The notes: generated by a model from the letters alone, not told the origin. A stretch of 17,701 bases of DNA from Archangiaceae bacterium (GCA_043750125.1 JAYVCD010000156.1:1-17701); one strand, 5' to 3'. Counted from the stretch's first letter, positions 1 to 8,584 are shown. Made by a program: numbers and translations.

Positions 1-1787
1 GGAACCTGGACCCCCTCGTCGATGCGGCCGACCGGACCCTTGAGCTCCATGATCGCGCCGTTGCCGTAGACCTCGCGCAGCACAGAGCCCGCGATCGGAG
101 GCCCGACGATCGTCAGCTCATCCCCGATCTTGAGCTTGGTCTTCTTGCTCGGGCGGACCCACAGCTCCCCTTTGTCGCGGAACATCGTCAGGGCCTCACC
201 CTTCACCTCGGCGCGCGACAGCTTTTGAGGATCCCCCGGCTTCGCAGGCTCTTCTGCCTTCTTGGGAGCCACTTCGGGCACCACCGGCTCTTTGACCGCG
301 GCCGGCTCGACCGGCTTGTCCCCGACCTTGGTCACGACCATTTCCTTCGGGTCTTCTTGGCGGGGAGCCTCAATCGCTCCGTCCTTCCCTGACGCGCCGT
401 CGGCACCGCGGGTGAGCCAATAGCCTGCGCCTGCGAGCCCGATCACCAGCAGCAACACCACGACCCAGGGGGCGCGGCTCTTCTGGATCTTCAGATCTTC
501 GTCCGCCCCTTCACCGACAAAGCTGTCTCTCGGCAGCTGCACCGGAGACGACGCAGGCCGCTGCCGAACCTGAGGCTGTTGAGACTGAGAGATCGGTGCT
601 GAAGACATCGCCCCGGACAGCGCCCGTTGGGGGCCCGTCATCGGCTGCTCGCGCTCCGACGGCGACGGGGTGCGCAACATCGTCCCGTCCATCCGGTACG
701 CCCCGTTGCTGCCGCCGTCGTCCTGGCCCGACTCGCGAATGCTCGTGCCCGCGAACTCTGCGGGGCGGGAGGCCACCTTTGGAGAGCTGCCCTTCTTCCG
801 TTCGGCCGACAACTTCGACTGCAGGTGACGTTCAGCCGCGAACTCTTCGGGGCACATCGAGCGGACGTAGTTGCCGACCTCCTCGGACGACACCGAGAGG
901 TTCTCTCGAACCAGCAGCTCATTGAGCGCCCGCGAAAAATCGTCGGCGCGGGTGTAACGGGACGCAGGGTCGGCGGCGAGCGCACGCATCACGACCCGAT
1001 CGAGCGTCTCGGAAACTTCAGGCCGAATTTCCCGCAACGAGACGGGCTTGGGGAACGCCATCTGGGCCACCATTTCGCCCACCGTCCCGCCCAGAAACAG
1101 CGACCGGCCCGCGAGCAGCTCCCAGATCAAAATCCCCGCTGAGTAGATGTCGCTGCGGTAGTCGACCATCTCGCCCTTCGCCTGCTCGGGCGACATGTAC
1201 CCGAGCTTGCCGAGCACGGTCGAAGGCATGGTGTGCTTGCTGCGCGCGCTGCTCTTCGCCAGGCCGAAGTCGATGACCTTGACCTCGCCTTCGTAGCTGA
1301 CCATCACGTTCTGGGGCGAGACGTCGCGGTGCACGATGCCCAGTGAAGCGCCGTCGGCTCCGACTTTGCGATGGGCGTACCCAAGCGCCTCGGTGATCTG
1401 CTGGCCGATCAACACGGCGATCGCCACCGGGACCACCGCGTGCATCCCCTTCACCCGATCTTCAACCCGCGAGAGGTCGACGCCCGCGACGTATTCGATT
1501 GCCATGTAGAGCGTCTGGTCCACGTCTCCCATGTCGTAGACCTGCGCGATGTTGCTGTGGGTCAGGTGGGTGAGGACCTTCGCCTCGTGGTGGAAGCGAT
1601 CGACGAACTGAGGGTCCGTCATCATCTGCGGGAGGATCGTCTTCACGATGCACAACTTCTCGAAGCCCGCTGCTCCGGTCAGGCGGGCCAGATGCACCTC
1701 ACCCATGCCGCCTTGACCGAGCAGGTACATCAACTCATATCGACCGAGGAAACGCGGCTGGGCACCGTTTTGCGGCTGGCTCGCCAT
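1..1787 (-). CDS. Eukaryotic-like (Hanks-type) Ser/Thr protein kinase with a transmembrane helix; 3' end beyond the window
   Basis: Manual translation from ATG at 1787 (absent from the ORF track): MASQPQNGAQPRFLGRYELMYLLGQGGMGEVHLARLTGAAGFEKLCIVK...HRDVSPQNVMV...VIDFGLAK...GKLGYMSPEQ...SDIYSAG. A low-complexity linker follows, then TM PWVVVLLLVIGLAGAGYWL (~415-470), then an extracytoplasmic part open to base 1. Confidence 0.96.
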   Translation of the reverse strand, partial: MASQPQNGAQPRFLGRYELMYLLGQGGMGEVHLARLTGAAGFEKLCIVKTILPQMMTDPQFVDRFHHEAKVLTHLTHSNIAQVYDMGDVDQTLYMAIEYVAGVDLSRVEDRVKGMHAVVPVAIAVLIGQQITEALGYAHRKVGADGASLGIVHRDVSPQNVMVSYEGEVKVIDFGLAKSSARSKHTMPSTVLGKLGYMSPEQAKGEMVDYRSDIYSAGILIWELLAGRSLFLGGTVGEMVAQMAFPKPVSLREIRPEVSETLDRVVMRALAADPASRYTRADDFSRALNELLVRENLSVSSEEVGNYVRSMCPEEFAAERHLQSKLSAERKKGSSPKVASRPAEFAGTSIRESGQDDGGSNGAYRMDGTMLRTPSPSEREQPMTGPQRALSGAMSSAPISQSQQPQVRQRPASSPVQLPRDSFVGEGADEDLKIQKSRAPWVVVLLLVIGLAGAGYWLTRGADGASGKDGAIEAPRQEDPKEMVVTKVGDKPVEPAAVKEPVVPEVAPKKAEEPAKPGDPQKLSRAEVKGEALTMFRDKGELWVRPSKKTKLKIGDELTIVGPPIAGSVLREVYGNGAIMELKGPVGRIDEGVQV

Positions 1788-1814
1788 GGCGCGTCATACT
1801 AACCCCAGCCACCT

Positions 1815-2537
1815 GTGATTGGCTCCTTTCTGCTCTGGGTCTGGGTCTGGATCCTCGGCACCATCCTCGCGACGCTTTCGCTCGTGCTGAGCATTCCGTT
1901 CAACCCGTGGACAGACCCCCGGCGGGTGGTCGTCGGATACCTCAGCCAGGCCTGGGGTCGAGGCGTGATGTGGGCCTTGCCTGGAATCACGATCGAAGCG
2001 CGGGGGTTCGAGCACCTCAAGCCGGGGCCGGTGATGCTGGTGCCCAATCACAGCTCGATTTCCGACGTGATCATGCTGTTGGCCGCCCTGCCCCAGTTCA
2101 AGTTCATGGCGAAAGCGCCGATTTTTTTCATCCCTCCGATTGGCTGGCACCTCTTTCTGGCTGGGTACATTCGCGCCGGCACCGGTGAAGAAGGCGACGC
2201 GCCGCGGGTGCTGGCCCAATGCCTCAAATGGCTGGCGCTCGGCTGTCACATCCTCTGGTTTCCGGAAGGTCACCGCTCGAAAGACGGGAAGGTGCAGCGG
2301 TTCAAGACCGGAGCCTTCGTCGCGGCGAAACAGGCGGGGGTGAAAGTCGTGCCGGTCGCGATCAGCGGCACGCCCAACGTGATCAAGAATCGCAGCCTGC
2401 GGTACTTCTTCAAGGACATCCGGGTGCAAATCACGCTTCTTCCCCCCTTCGAAGTCGACGCCGATCCCAAGGCCGCCGCCGCCAAAGCCCGCGAGCGGGT
2501 GGCAACGCAGGTCGCCGCCCAGCGGGCCACAGAGTGA
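1815..2537 (+). CDS. PlsC-family (1-acyl-sn-glycerol-3-phosphate/lysophospholipid) acyltransferase
   Basis: NHSSISD (HX4D), FMAK, FPEGHRS, FKTGAF and VVPVAI motifs; hydrophobic N-terminus; GTG start. Confidence 0.92.
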   Translation: MIGSFLLWVWVWILGTILATLSLVLSIPFNPWTDPRRVVVGYLSQAWGRGVMWALPGITIEARGFEHLKPGPVMLVPNHSSISDVIMLLAALPQFKFMAKAPIFFIPPIGWHLFLAGYIRAGTGEEGDAPRVLAQCLKWLALGCHILWFPEGHRSKDGKVQRFKTGAFVAAKQAGVKVVPVAISGTPNVIKNRSLRYFFKDIRVQITLLPPFEVDADPKAAAAKARERVATQVAAQRATE

Positions 2538-2620
2538 GGAACATCCTCTTGCGACCATTCGTTTTCGTTCCGGCTCGACGGCCGAGCCCAGCCCCCCTCA
2601 GCCGGTCGGAGGATTAACGC

Positions 2621-3733
2621 GTGGCAATCGCAATCACGGGGTACGGAATCGTCAGCGCTCATGGCCAGGGCCTGCAGTCGCTTGCCGAGGCGCTGCGCAG
2701 TGGAAAGACCGGCGTTCGCCCGGTCACCGAATTTTCCACCGAAGGGCTGTGCAGCAACCTCGCCGCCCAGGTGCCTCTTGCGACCCAAGGCGACCGGGCG
2801 TTGGGTTTGCTGAAGCTCGCCGCGGAAGAAGCGCTGGGCTGGCGCGATTGGGCCCCCTCGAACCGCCGCGCGGTGTTGCTGGGCTCGACCAAGGGCTCAC
2901 TTCCCAGGGTGTTGCTCCAGGGTGAATCGGATCCTTTCGCCCACCTCACCGCCTGGCTTGCCGAGCGCGCGCGAGCCCGCGGGCCGGTGCGCGCAATCGG
3001 AGCGGCCTGCGCCTCGAGCAGTGCCGCCGTCGGCGCCGCGCTGCAGCTGATCGAAGCAGGCCGCTGCGACGAGGCGGTGGTGGCCGGGGTCGAGGCACTG
3101 CACCCGTTCGTGTTTTCGGGTTTTCACGCGCTCAAGGCGATGTCCCCCAGGCCCGCCGCTCCTTTCGACGCGAATCGGCAGGGCTTGTCGATGGGCGAGG
3201 GCGCGGCGGTTCTGGTGCTCGAGAGCGCGGCCAGCGCCGCCGCGGGGTCTCGCAAGCCCCTGGGGTGGATTGAGGGGTTCGGAGCCGCCTCTGACGCTCA
3301 TGACCAGACCGCTCCCCATCCCGAAGGGGTAGGGCTGTTTCGCGCGTGTCAGGCGGCGCTGCAGTCGGCGGGGCTCGAGGTGAAATCAGTCGGCCGGTAC
3401 CACGCCCACGGAACGGCGACGGTGCAGAACGACGCGATGGAAGCCGCGATGTGCTCGCGCTTGTTCGGACCCCAGGGAATTCCGCTCTGCGCGACCAAGG
3501 GGTCCATCGGCCACACCCTGGGCGCCGCCGGCGTGCTCGACCTGCTCGGCTGCCTGGCGTCCTTGAACGCCCGCGAGCTGTGGCCCGTCGTCGGACTGCA
3601 GCAGCTCGACCCCAGGCTTTCCATTTCGCCCGTCACCACCCTTCGCGCCGACCCCCACCCCCGCGCGCTGATTGCCACTGCGGGCTTTGGCGGAATCAAC
3701 GCCGCGCTCGTGGTGCGAAGGAACGAACCATGA
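2621..3733 (+). CDS. Beta-ketoacyl-ACP synthase (FabB/FabF-like KS1) with intact Cys-His-His triad
   Basis: IAITGYG, ACASSS, PFDANRQGLSMGEGAA, HAHGTAT, KGSIGHTLGAAG and AGFGGINAAL motifs; GGAGG upstream of the GTG start. Confidence 0.94.
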   Translation: MAIAITGYGIVSAHGQGLQSLAEALRSGKTGVRPVTEFSTEGLCSNLAAQVPLATQGDRALGLLKLAAEEALGWRDWAPSNRRAVLLGSTKGSLPRVLLQGESDPFAHLTAWLAERARARGPVRAIGAACASSSAAVGAALQLIEAGRCDEAVVAGVEALHPFVFSGFHALKAMSPRPAAPFDANRQGLSMGEGAAVLVLESAASAAAGSRKPLGWIEGFGAASDAHDQTAPHPEGVGLFRACQAALQSAGLEVKSVGRYHAHGTATVQNDAMEAAMCSRLFGPQGIPLCATKGSIGHTLGAAGVLDLLGCLASLNARELWPVVGLQQLDPRLSISPVTTLRADPHPRALIATAGFGGINAALVVRRNEP

Positions 3734-4437
3734 CCGCGGGAATCTCACGTTGGGCTGCCTGGACGGCGAAGGGCGTCACGATCGGCGGAGATCCTTCCGA
3801 CCGCACCGATGGCCCGCTGGCCGCCTGGCCCGAGGCGCCTTTGCTGACCCAGATTCACCCCCGGGCGCGAAGGCCCCACCCTCAAGCCAAAGCGTTGGTG
3901 CAGCTGGCTTCGGTGGTGCTCGGCGATCGCCGAATCGAAGCTCTGGGGCTCACGCTCGGCTCGGCCAGCGGCAGCTCCGGGCCCGATCGCGAGTTCGATC
4001 AGGAATTGAAAGCCAAAGGTCCCGGCTTCGGAAGCCCCTCGCTCTTCGTCTACACCCTGCCCTCGGCTGCCCTGGGGGAAGTCGCTGTCGCGTTCGGCGC
4101 GCACGGTCCGCTCACCACCGTCAGCGCAGGCTCAGCCAGCGCTCTGGCCGCGATCGTGACGGCGATCGATGACGTCGATTCCGGGCGCGCACCGGCGGTG
4201 CTTTGCGGAGGCTTCGAGTGGGGCACCGCGTCGGACTTCATCGCTTTGTTTTTGATCGAACCGACCGGGCCGATCACGCTCACTGGCGACTCCGGCTACG
4301 GAGAGACGCCCGAGGGAACCCGCGGCGACGTGCTCGACCTCGTCGCCGCCGTGGCCAGCGGTCAGCCCTTCACCCTCACCGCAGCCGACCGCCTCGGCTT
4401 CTGGGCCCAGCTTCAGTCCGAGGGAAGCCTCCAATGA
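3730..4437 (+). CDS. Short KS N-terminal-domain protein lacking the catalytic Cys (chain-length-factor-like partner)
   Basis: ATG at 3730 overlaps the KS1 stop (ATGA). FGSPSLFVYTLPSAALGEVAVAFGAHGPLTTVSAGSASALAA aligns to the KS active-site region, with AGSAS in place of TACSS. No His-containing C-terminal domain; 235 aa. Confidence 0.82.
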   Translation: MTAGISRWAAWTAKGVTIGGDPSDRTDGPLAAWPEAPLLTQIHPRARRPHPQAKALVQLASVVLGDRRIEALGLTLGSASGSSGPDREFDQELKAKGPGFGSPSLFVYTLPSAALGEVAVAFGAHGPLTTVSAGSASALAAIVTAIDDVDSGRAPAVLCGGFEWGTASDFIALFLIEPTGPITLTGDSGYGETPEGTRGDVLDLVAAVASGQPFTLTAADRLGFWAQLQSEGSLQ

Positions 4438-5600
4438 AGGGCGTCGCGGTCACCGGAATTGGAATGCTGTCCAACCTCGGCCGGGGCCTCACCGCGCACA
4501 GCGACGGGCTGCGACGCGGTGTCACGGCGCTGACCCCGCTGTCGCTCTTCAAAACCGAAGGTCTCGACGTACGTCCGGTGGGAGAAGTCGCCGACGCGCT
4601 GCTCGACGGGAAGTCGAACTATTCGCGCTGCCAGCGGCTGACATTGTCGGCAGCCAAGGACGCGCTCGGCGGTCATCACCCCACGGGCGAAGGGATCATC
4701 GCCATCGGGTCGACGACCGGTGGCATCTACGAAAGCGAGCAGCACTACCTCAAGCATCGCGGAGAGGAAGGGGTGGCCGATCGCGCGCTGTTGACCAACC
4801 ACCCGGTCGGAACGATTGCAGATCGCCTCTGCCGGGATCTCGGCCTGGGCGGCGAGCGCCACACTTTTGCGACCGCGTGCTCTTCGAGCGCGAACTCGAT
4901 TGGTTACGCTGCGGCGCGCGTCGAAGCCGGAGCTCCCTGGGCGTTGGCGGGTGGCGTCGATTCGCTGTGCCGCCTGACCTGGGCCGGCTTCCACTCGCTG
5001 AAGCTGCTGTCGAGCACCGCGTGTCGCCCTTTCGACCTGCATCGAAACGGGCTGTCGCTGGGCGAAGCGGCGGCGTTTCTTTTCCTCGAGCCGATCGCGG
5101 CCGCGCGCGCCCGGGGAGCGACGATCTTCGGGCTCGTCAGCGGCTGGGGCTGCTCGGCCGACGCGTACCACATGACCGCGCCCCACCCCGAAGGCCTGGG
5201 AGCGATCGCCGCGATGCGGGCTGCGCTGGCCGACGCCGACTGTCAGCCCGGACACATCGACTACGTGAACGCCCACGGCACGGCCACCCCCGCCAACGAC
5301 AAGGCCGAAGGGCTCGCGCTTCGAGCGGTGTTTGGCGCACGCGTGCCGCCGGTGAGCTCGACGAAAGGAGTCACCGGGCACTCGCTGGGAGCCGCCGGCG
5401 CGCTCGAGGCGGCGATCAGCCTGTTGATCATTCGCGACGGCTTTCTTCCGGGAAACGTCGGGCTGAGCCAGGTCGACCCGGCGATTGGCTTCGAGCCCCT
5501 GGGCCCAGCCACCGCATTCGCGACCGTCTCGAAAGTGATTTCCAATTCGTTCGGCTTCGGGGGCAACAACACCGCCCTGGTCTTGGAGCGTGCCCCGTGA
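4434..5600 (+). CDS. Beta-ketoacyl-ACP synthase (FabF/ApeO-like KS2) with intact triad
   Basis: ATG at 4434 (ATGA overlap), beginning MKGVAVTGIG; TACSSS, GLSLGEAAA, DYVNAHGTAT, KGVTGHSLGAAG and SNSFGFGGNN motifs. Confidence 0.95.
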   Translation: MKGVAVTGIGMLSNLGRGLTAHSDGLRRGVTALTPLSLFKTEGLDVRPVGEVADALLDGKSNYSRCQRLTLSAAKDALGGHHPTGEGIIAIGSTTGGIYESEQHYLKHRGEEGVADRALLTNHPVGTIADRLCRDLGLGGERHTFATACSSSANSIGYAAARVEAGAPWALAGGVDSLCRLTWAGFHSLKLLSSTACRPFDLHRNGLSLGEAAAFLFLEPIAAARARGATIFGLVSGWGCSADAYHMTAPHPEGLGAIAAMRAALADADCQPGHIDYVNAHGTATPANDKAEGLALRAVFGARVPPVSSTKGVTGHSLGAAGALEAAISLLIIRDGFLPGNVGLSQVDPAIGFEPLGPATAFATVSKVISNSFGFGGNNTALVLERAP

Positions 5601-6355
5601 CCGCCGTTTCGATTCTCGGGCACGCCGTCCTTTCTCCCCCGCCCGGTGAGACCCGGGTGACCCACATCGGCGACGAGGCTGAGAAGAACGCCCGCCGGCT
5701 GCCCCGGGTCGATCGCATGGCGCTGCACGTCGCACGGTTGGCGCTGGGCAATCACCCGGTCGAAGGGGTGGGCCTGGTGGTTGGCACTGGCTACGGCGGG
5801 CTGCAAGCGACGGTCGACTTTCTCGAGGGCATCGCGGTCCGGGGAGCAGGGTTCGGCAGCCCGACCGCCTTCCATCAGTCGGTGCACCACTCACCTGCGG
5901 GGCAGATCAACCTCGCGTTGAAGATCACCGGCCCCTCGCTCACCTGCACCTCGCGAGAGGTCTCTTCCGAGGCGGCGCTGCGCGAGGGCATCGATCTGCT
6001 GACGATGCGGCGCTGCGAGAAGATGCTGGTCGTCTGTGCGGACGAGGTCGTCCCGGCGCTCGAGTCGGCCTTCAAAGCATTTGGAGCGCGATGGATTCCG
6101 TCCGAGGGCGCCGCGGCGGTGCTGCTCGGGCTCACAGGCTCAGATCTCGAAATCAGCGCGGTGCGGCTGTCGAGCCGATCAGCCTCGATGCTCGAATGGA
6201 CGACGCCTCCTCCGCCGGGCTCCGCGGTGAATCCTGCAGGAGGCTTGATCCGACTGGTCGAGGCGGCGCGCGCGCTCGAGTCCGGAAACAGCATCACTCT
6301 GCAGTCGTTTTCGTTGGGAGGCGGCGAGGCCACCGTCGCTTTGAGGCGCAGGTGA
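5597..6355 (+). CDS. Beta-ketoacyl synthase chain length factor (ApeC-like)
   Basis: GTG at 5597 (GTGA overlap); ARRLPRVDRMAL, VVGTGYG and SPTAFHQSVHHSPAGQINLAL motifs typical of aryl polyene-type CLFs; no catalytic triad. Confidence 0.85.
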   Translation: MTAVSILGHAVLSPPPGETRVTHIGDEAEKNARRLPRVDRMALHVARLALGNHPVEGVGLVVGTGYGGLQATVDFLEGIAVRGAGFGSPTAFHQSVHHSPAGQINLALKITGPSLTCTSREVSSEAALREGIDLLTMRRCEKMLVVCADEVVPALESAFKAFGARWIPSEGAAAVLLGLTGSDLEISAVRLSSRSASMLEWTTPPPPGSAVNPAGGLIRLVEAARALESGNSITLQSFSLGGGEATVALRRR

Positions 6356-7065
6356 TCGAAGCGCTCGCCGGAGCGATCGCCGGCGCGGGCCTGACGGCGA
6401 TGGGCTTGGGAATGTTTCACCCCCGCGTCGCGCTCTTTGGCCCCCAACATTCTCACGGGCCACGTGGGACACCGCAGGTGGCGCTGTCCTTCGATGACGG
6501 GCCGCACCCGGACTTCACTCCGCGAATCGCTGAAGTCCTCGCGAAAGGCGGCGCCCAGGCCACCTTCTTCTGCATCGGTCAGTGTGCCGAACAACACCCG
6601 GAAGTGGCGCGCGCGCTGCTGGCCGCCGGGCACGAATTGGGCAACCACACCTACAGCCACAACACCCGGGGCCACCTGTTTTCGGCGTCCGCGCTCGAAG
6701 CCGACCTGCGGCGCTGTCAAAGCGTGCTCGCGACCCTCGGCACCGCATCGCGCTGGTACCGACCGGCCGTAGGCATTCGCAACCCTCCGGTTCACGCCGC
6801 GGCCAAAGCGTTGGGCCTGCAGGTGGTGATGTGGTCCGCAGCCGCCCGCGATGGAGCCTGGGCCTTCGATCAAGACAAGGCGCTGCGAATGGCGAGGCAA
6901 GCGCAGCCCGGCGACATCCTCGTGCTGCACGACGGGCTGCGGGGCACCTCGAGCACCGTCCGGGAATCGACCGTGCGCTGGCTGCCGAGCTTGCTCGAAG
7001 GGCTGCGCGAGCGTGGGCTTCAGCCGGTGACTGTTTCCCAGCTGCTCAATCCCGCGGCTCCTTAA
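6352..7065 (+). CDS. Polysaccharide deacetylase (NodB/CE4) with hydrophobic N-terminus
   Basis: GTG at 6352 (GTGA overlap); ALSFDDGP, ATFFCIG, HELGNHTYSH, YRPAVG and ILVLHDG motifs. Confidence 0.93.
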   Translation: MIEALAGAIAGAGLTAMGLGMFHPRVALFGPQHSHGPRGTPQVALSFDDGPHPDFTPRIAEVLAKGGAQATFFCIGQCAEQHPEVARALLAAGHELGNHTYSHNTRGHLFSASALEADLRRCQSVLATLGTASRWYRPAVGIRNPPVHAAAKALGLQVVMWSAAARDGAWAFDQDKALRMARQAQPGDILVLHDGLRGTSSTVRESTVRWLPSLLEGLRERGLQPVTVSQLLNPAAP

Positions 7066-7670
7066 GAGGGGCACTGCTCGAGTCGGGCGCGGACTTCAAG
7101 CCATTCCTCGAGGAGGATTGAGTAGATCGCGGTGTCCCGAGGGCCTCCATCGGACGCCAATTGCCAGGCCCGAAGCACGCCGTCCGCCTTCGATCCCAGT
7201 CGCAAGATCGCCGCCCTCGACTTCAGATTGCGCGCGTCGGTCTTCAGGGTGACCCGGTGCACCTTCCAGACTTCGAAGGCATGCCGCAGCATCAGCAGCT
7301 TGGCCTCGGTGTTGATCGCGGTCCGTTGGGCCGACTCGGCCAACCAGGTGCTGCCGATCTCGAGCACGCTGGGAGGGGACTCCCGGGTCGGAGCGGACTC
7401 GAAGTACTTGTGCCAGCGTTCGATGTTCATGAAGCGGGTCGAGCCGACCAGCCGGCCGGTTTGCGCATCGACCGTGGCGAACGGAACTGTCACTCCGCGC
7501 TCGGCATCGGTGCGCGCGAGCTGAATGAACATCCGCATCTCGATCTCATCGCGGGGGATGACGGTGAAGGTGTAGCTCGATCGATTTTCGTTCGCGGCCG
7601 CCAACAGCGCGGTCGAGTGGCCGAGGTCCAGCGGGACGAGTCGTACGTACTTGCCTTCGAGGGTGAGCAC
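7062..7670 (-). CDS. GNAT N-acetyltransferase, RimJ/RimL-like
   Basis: LEGKYVRLVPL, VGSTRF, EIGSTWL, QRTAINTEAKLLMLRHAFE, KTDARNLKSRAAILRLG and RDTAIYSIL motifs. Start placed at GTG 7670, downstream of the preceding gene's stop; the start is uncertain. Confidence 0.9.
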   Translation of the reverse strand: MLTLEGKYVRLVPLDLGHSTALLAAANENRSSYTFTVIPRDEIEMRMFIQLARTDAERGVTVPFATVDAQTGRLVGSTRFMNIERWHKYFESAPTRESPPSVLEIGSTWLAESAQRTAINTEAKLLMLRHAFEVWKVHRVTLKTDARNLKSRAAILRLGSKADGVLRAWQLASDGGPRDTAIYSILLEEWLEVRARLEQCPS

Positions 7671-7699
7671 GCGCGGGAACCTGGTACGTGATGCGGGGC

Positions 7700-7930
7700 T
7701 CAGCCGACGAGCAGATTGGATAAGGCCCAAATCAAAAAAACGAGCACGAAGAGTGTCACCAACGCCGGCTCGACCCACCGAGTCCAGGTCCGCCAGGCGG
7801 TCGCGGCGGGTCGCCTCGATTCATCTGCGTGATTGCGAAAGGCGCGCTCGGCTTGCGGTCGAGCGTCAATCGGAGCCACGACGGGCTTTAGGGTCCCGAG
7901 AAGATCGTCGAGGGGATCAAGGGGGCTCAT
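7700..7930 (-). CDS. 76-aa single-TM protein, putative anti-sigma factor
   Basis: ATG at 7930 overlaps the sigma stop (ATGA); MSPLDPLDDLLGTLKP... with C-terminal TM WVEPALVTLFVLVFLIWALSNLLVG. Function inferred from position only. Confidence 0.7.
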   Translation of the reverse strand: MSPLDPLDDLLGTLKPVVAPIDARPQAERAFRNHADESRRPAATAWRTWTRWVEPALVTLFVLVFLIWALSNLLVG

Positions 7931-8484
7931 GGAGTTTCTCCAGCGGCAAGCGAAGCACGAAGCTGCTCGCGCGCGCGGGAAAGGCGTTGTCGAAAGGCCT
8001 CGGGGTTGACGCCGATGATCCGCGCCGCTTCCGAAGGCTCGAAGTGCTCGACGCAAACCAGCAACAGCGCCTCGCGGTATTTCAGCGGAAGCGCGGCGAG
8101 GGCGCGATCGAGCGTGCGCTGGGCTTGCGACGCCATCGCCACGCTCTCGGGCGTCGAATCTTGCCGGCGGTCTTTGAACCACACCGCCGCTTCGGCGAGG
8201 CGCGAGCCGTCGACGAGGCTCCAGCGCCGGTGGGAAAGAAACAGGTTGCGGGCGACGGTGAAGAGCCAGGCGGTCAGGTGGGTGTCATCGTGAAGCCAGG
8301 CTGCTTCGGCGGCGAGGCGAAGCCAGGTTTCCTGACACAGCTCGGCGGCGATCTCGCGGCGGCGGGTCAGACGCCAGAGGAAGGAAAACAAGCGCGGGTG
8401 ATGGGATCGATAGACGGCATCGAACGCGCCCGAGTCGCCGGCTTTGAGGCGGGTGACGAGACTCGAGGGGGCAGGAACGTCCAC
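7927..8484 (-). CDS. ECF-family RNA polymerase sigma-70 factor
   Basis: Region 2 (GDSGAFDAVY...AAELCQETWLR...AWLFTVARN) and region 4 (ALAALPLKYREALLL...EAARIIGV...RQRLSRAREQL); 185 aa with no C-terminal extension. Confidence 0.94.
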   Translation of the reverse strand: MDVPAPSSLVTRLKAGDSGAFDAVYRSHHPRLFSFLWRLTRRREIAAELCQETWLRLAAEAAWLHDDTHLTAWLFTVARNLFLSHRRWSLVDGSRLAEAAVWFKDRRQDSTPESVAMASQAQRTLDRALAALPLKYREALLLVCVEHFEPSEAARIIGVNPEAFRQRLSRAREQLRASLAAGETP

Positions 8485-8495
8485 TGGGGAGCATC

Positions 8496-8522
8496 AACTC
8501 CGCAGCCGAGCGGGCGTGACAA
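8496..8522 (-). promoter_or_regulatory. Candidate ECF promoter (autoregulatory) TTGTCACG-N14-GAGTT
   Basis: Minus strand reads TTGTCACG (8522-8515), 14 nt, GAGTT (8500-8496), ending 11 nt before the sigma GTG. Confidence 0.7.
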
Positions 8523-8533
8523 CAGATCTTTCA

Positions 8534-8560
8534 TTGTCACGTTGATTTCGCACGCGAGTT
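8534..8560 (+). promoter_or_regulatory. Candidate ECF promoter TTGTCACG-N14-GAGTT for the 8585 gene
   Basis: TTGTCACG at 8534-8541, 14 nt, GAGTT at 8556-8560, followed by SD AAGGAG at 8570-8575 and ATG at 8585. Confidence 0.72.
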
Positions 8561-8584
8561 TCAAGACCTAAGGAGTCACACTCA

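Noticed and set aside
596-1802. Plus-strand ORFs 596-925, 627-1142 and 1371-1802
   Set aside because: Antisense shadows of the kinase gene in high-GC DNA; no motifs.
3346-6351. Long N-terminal extensions in the track for the ORFs ending at 4437, 5600, 6355 and 7065, and antisense ORFs such as 4413-5894
   Set aside because: The extensions overlap upstream genes in other frames and are Arg/Pro-rich. Coupled (A/G)TGA starts at 3730, 4434, 5597 and 6352 explain the operon.
7651-8571. 306-aa plus-strand ORF
   Set aside because: Antisense to the sigma and anti-sigma genes; no recognisable domain.
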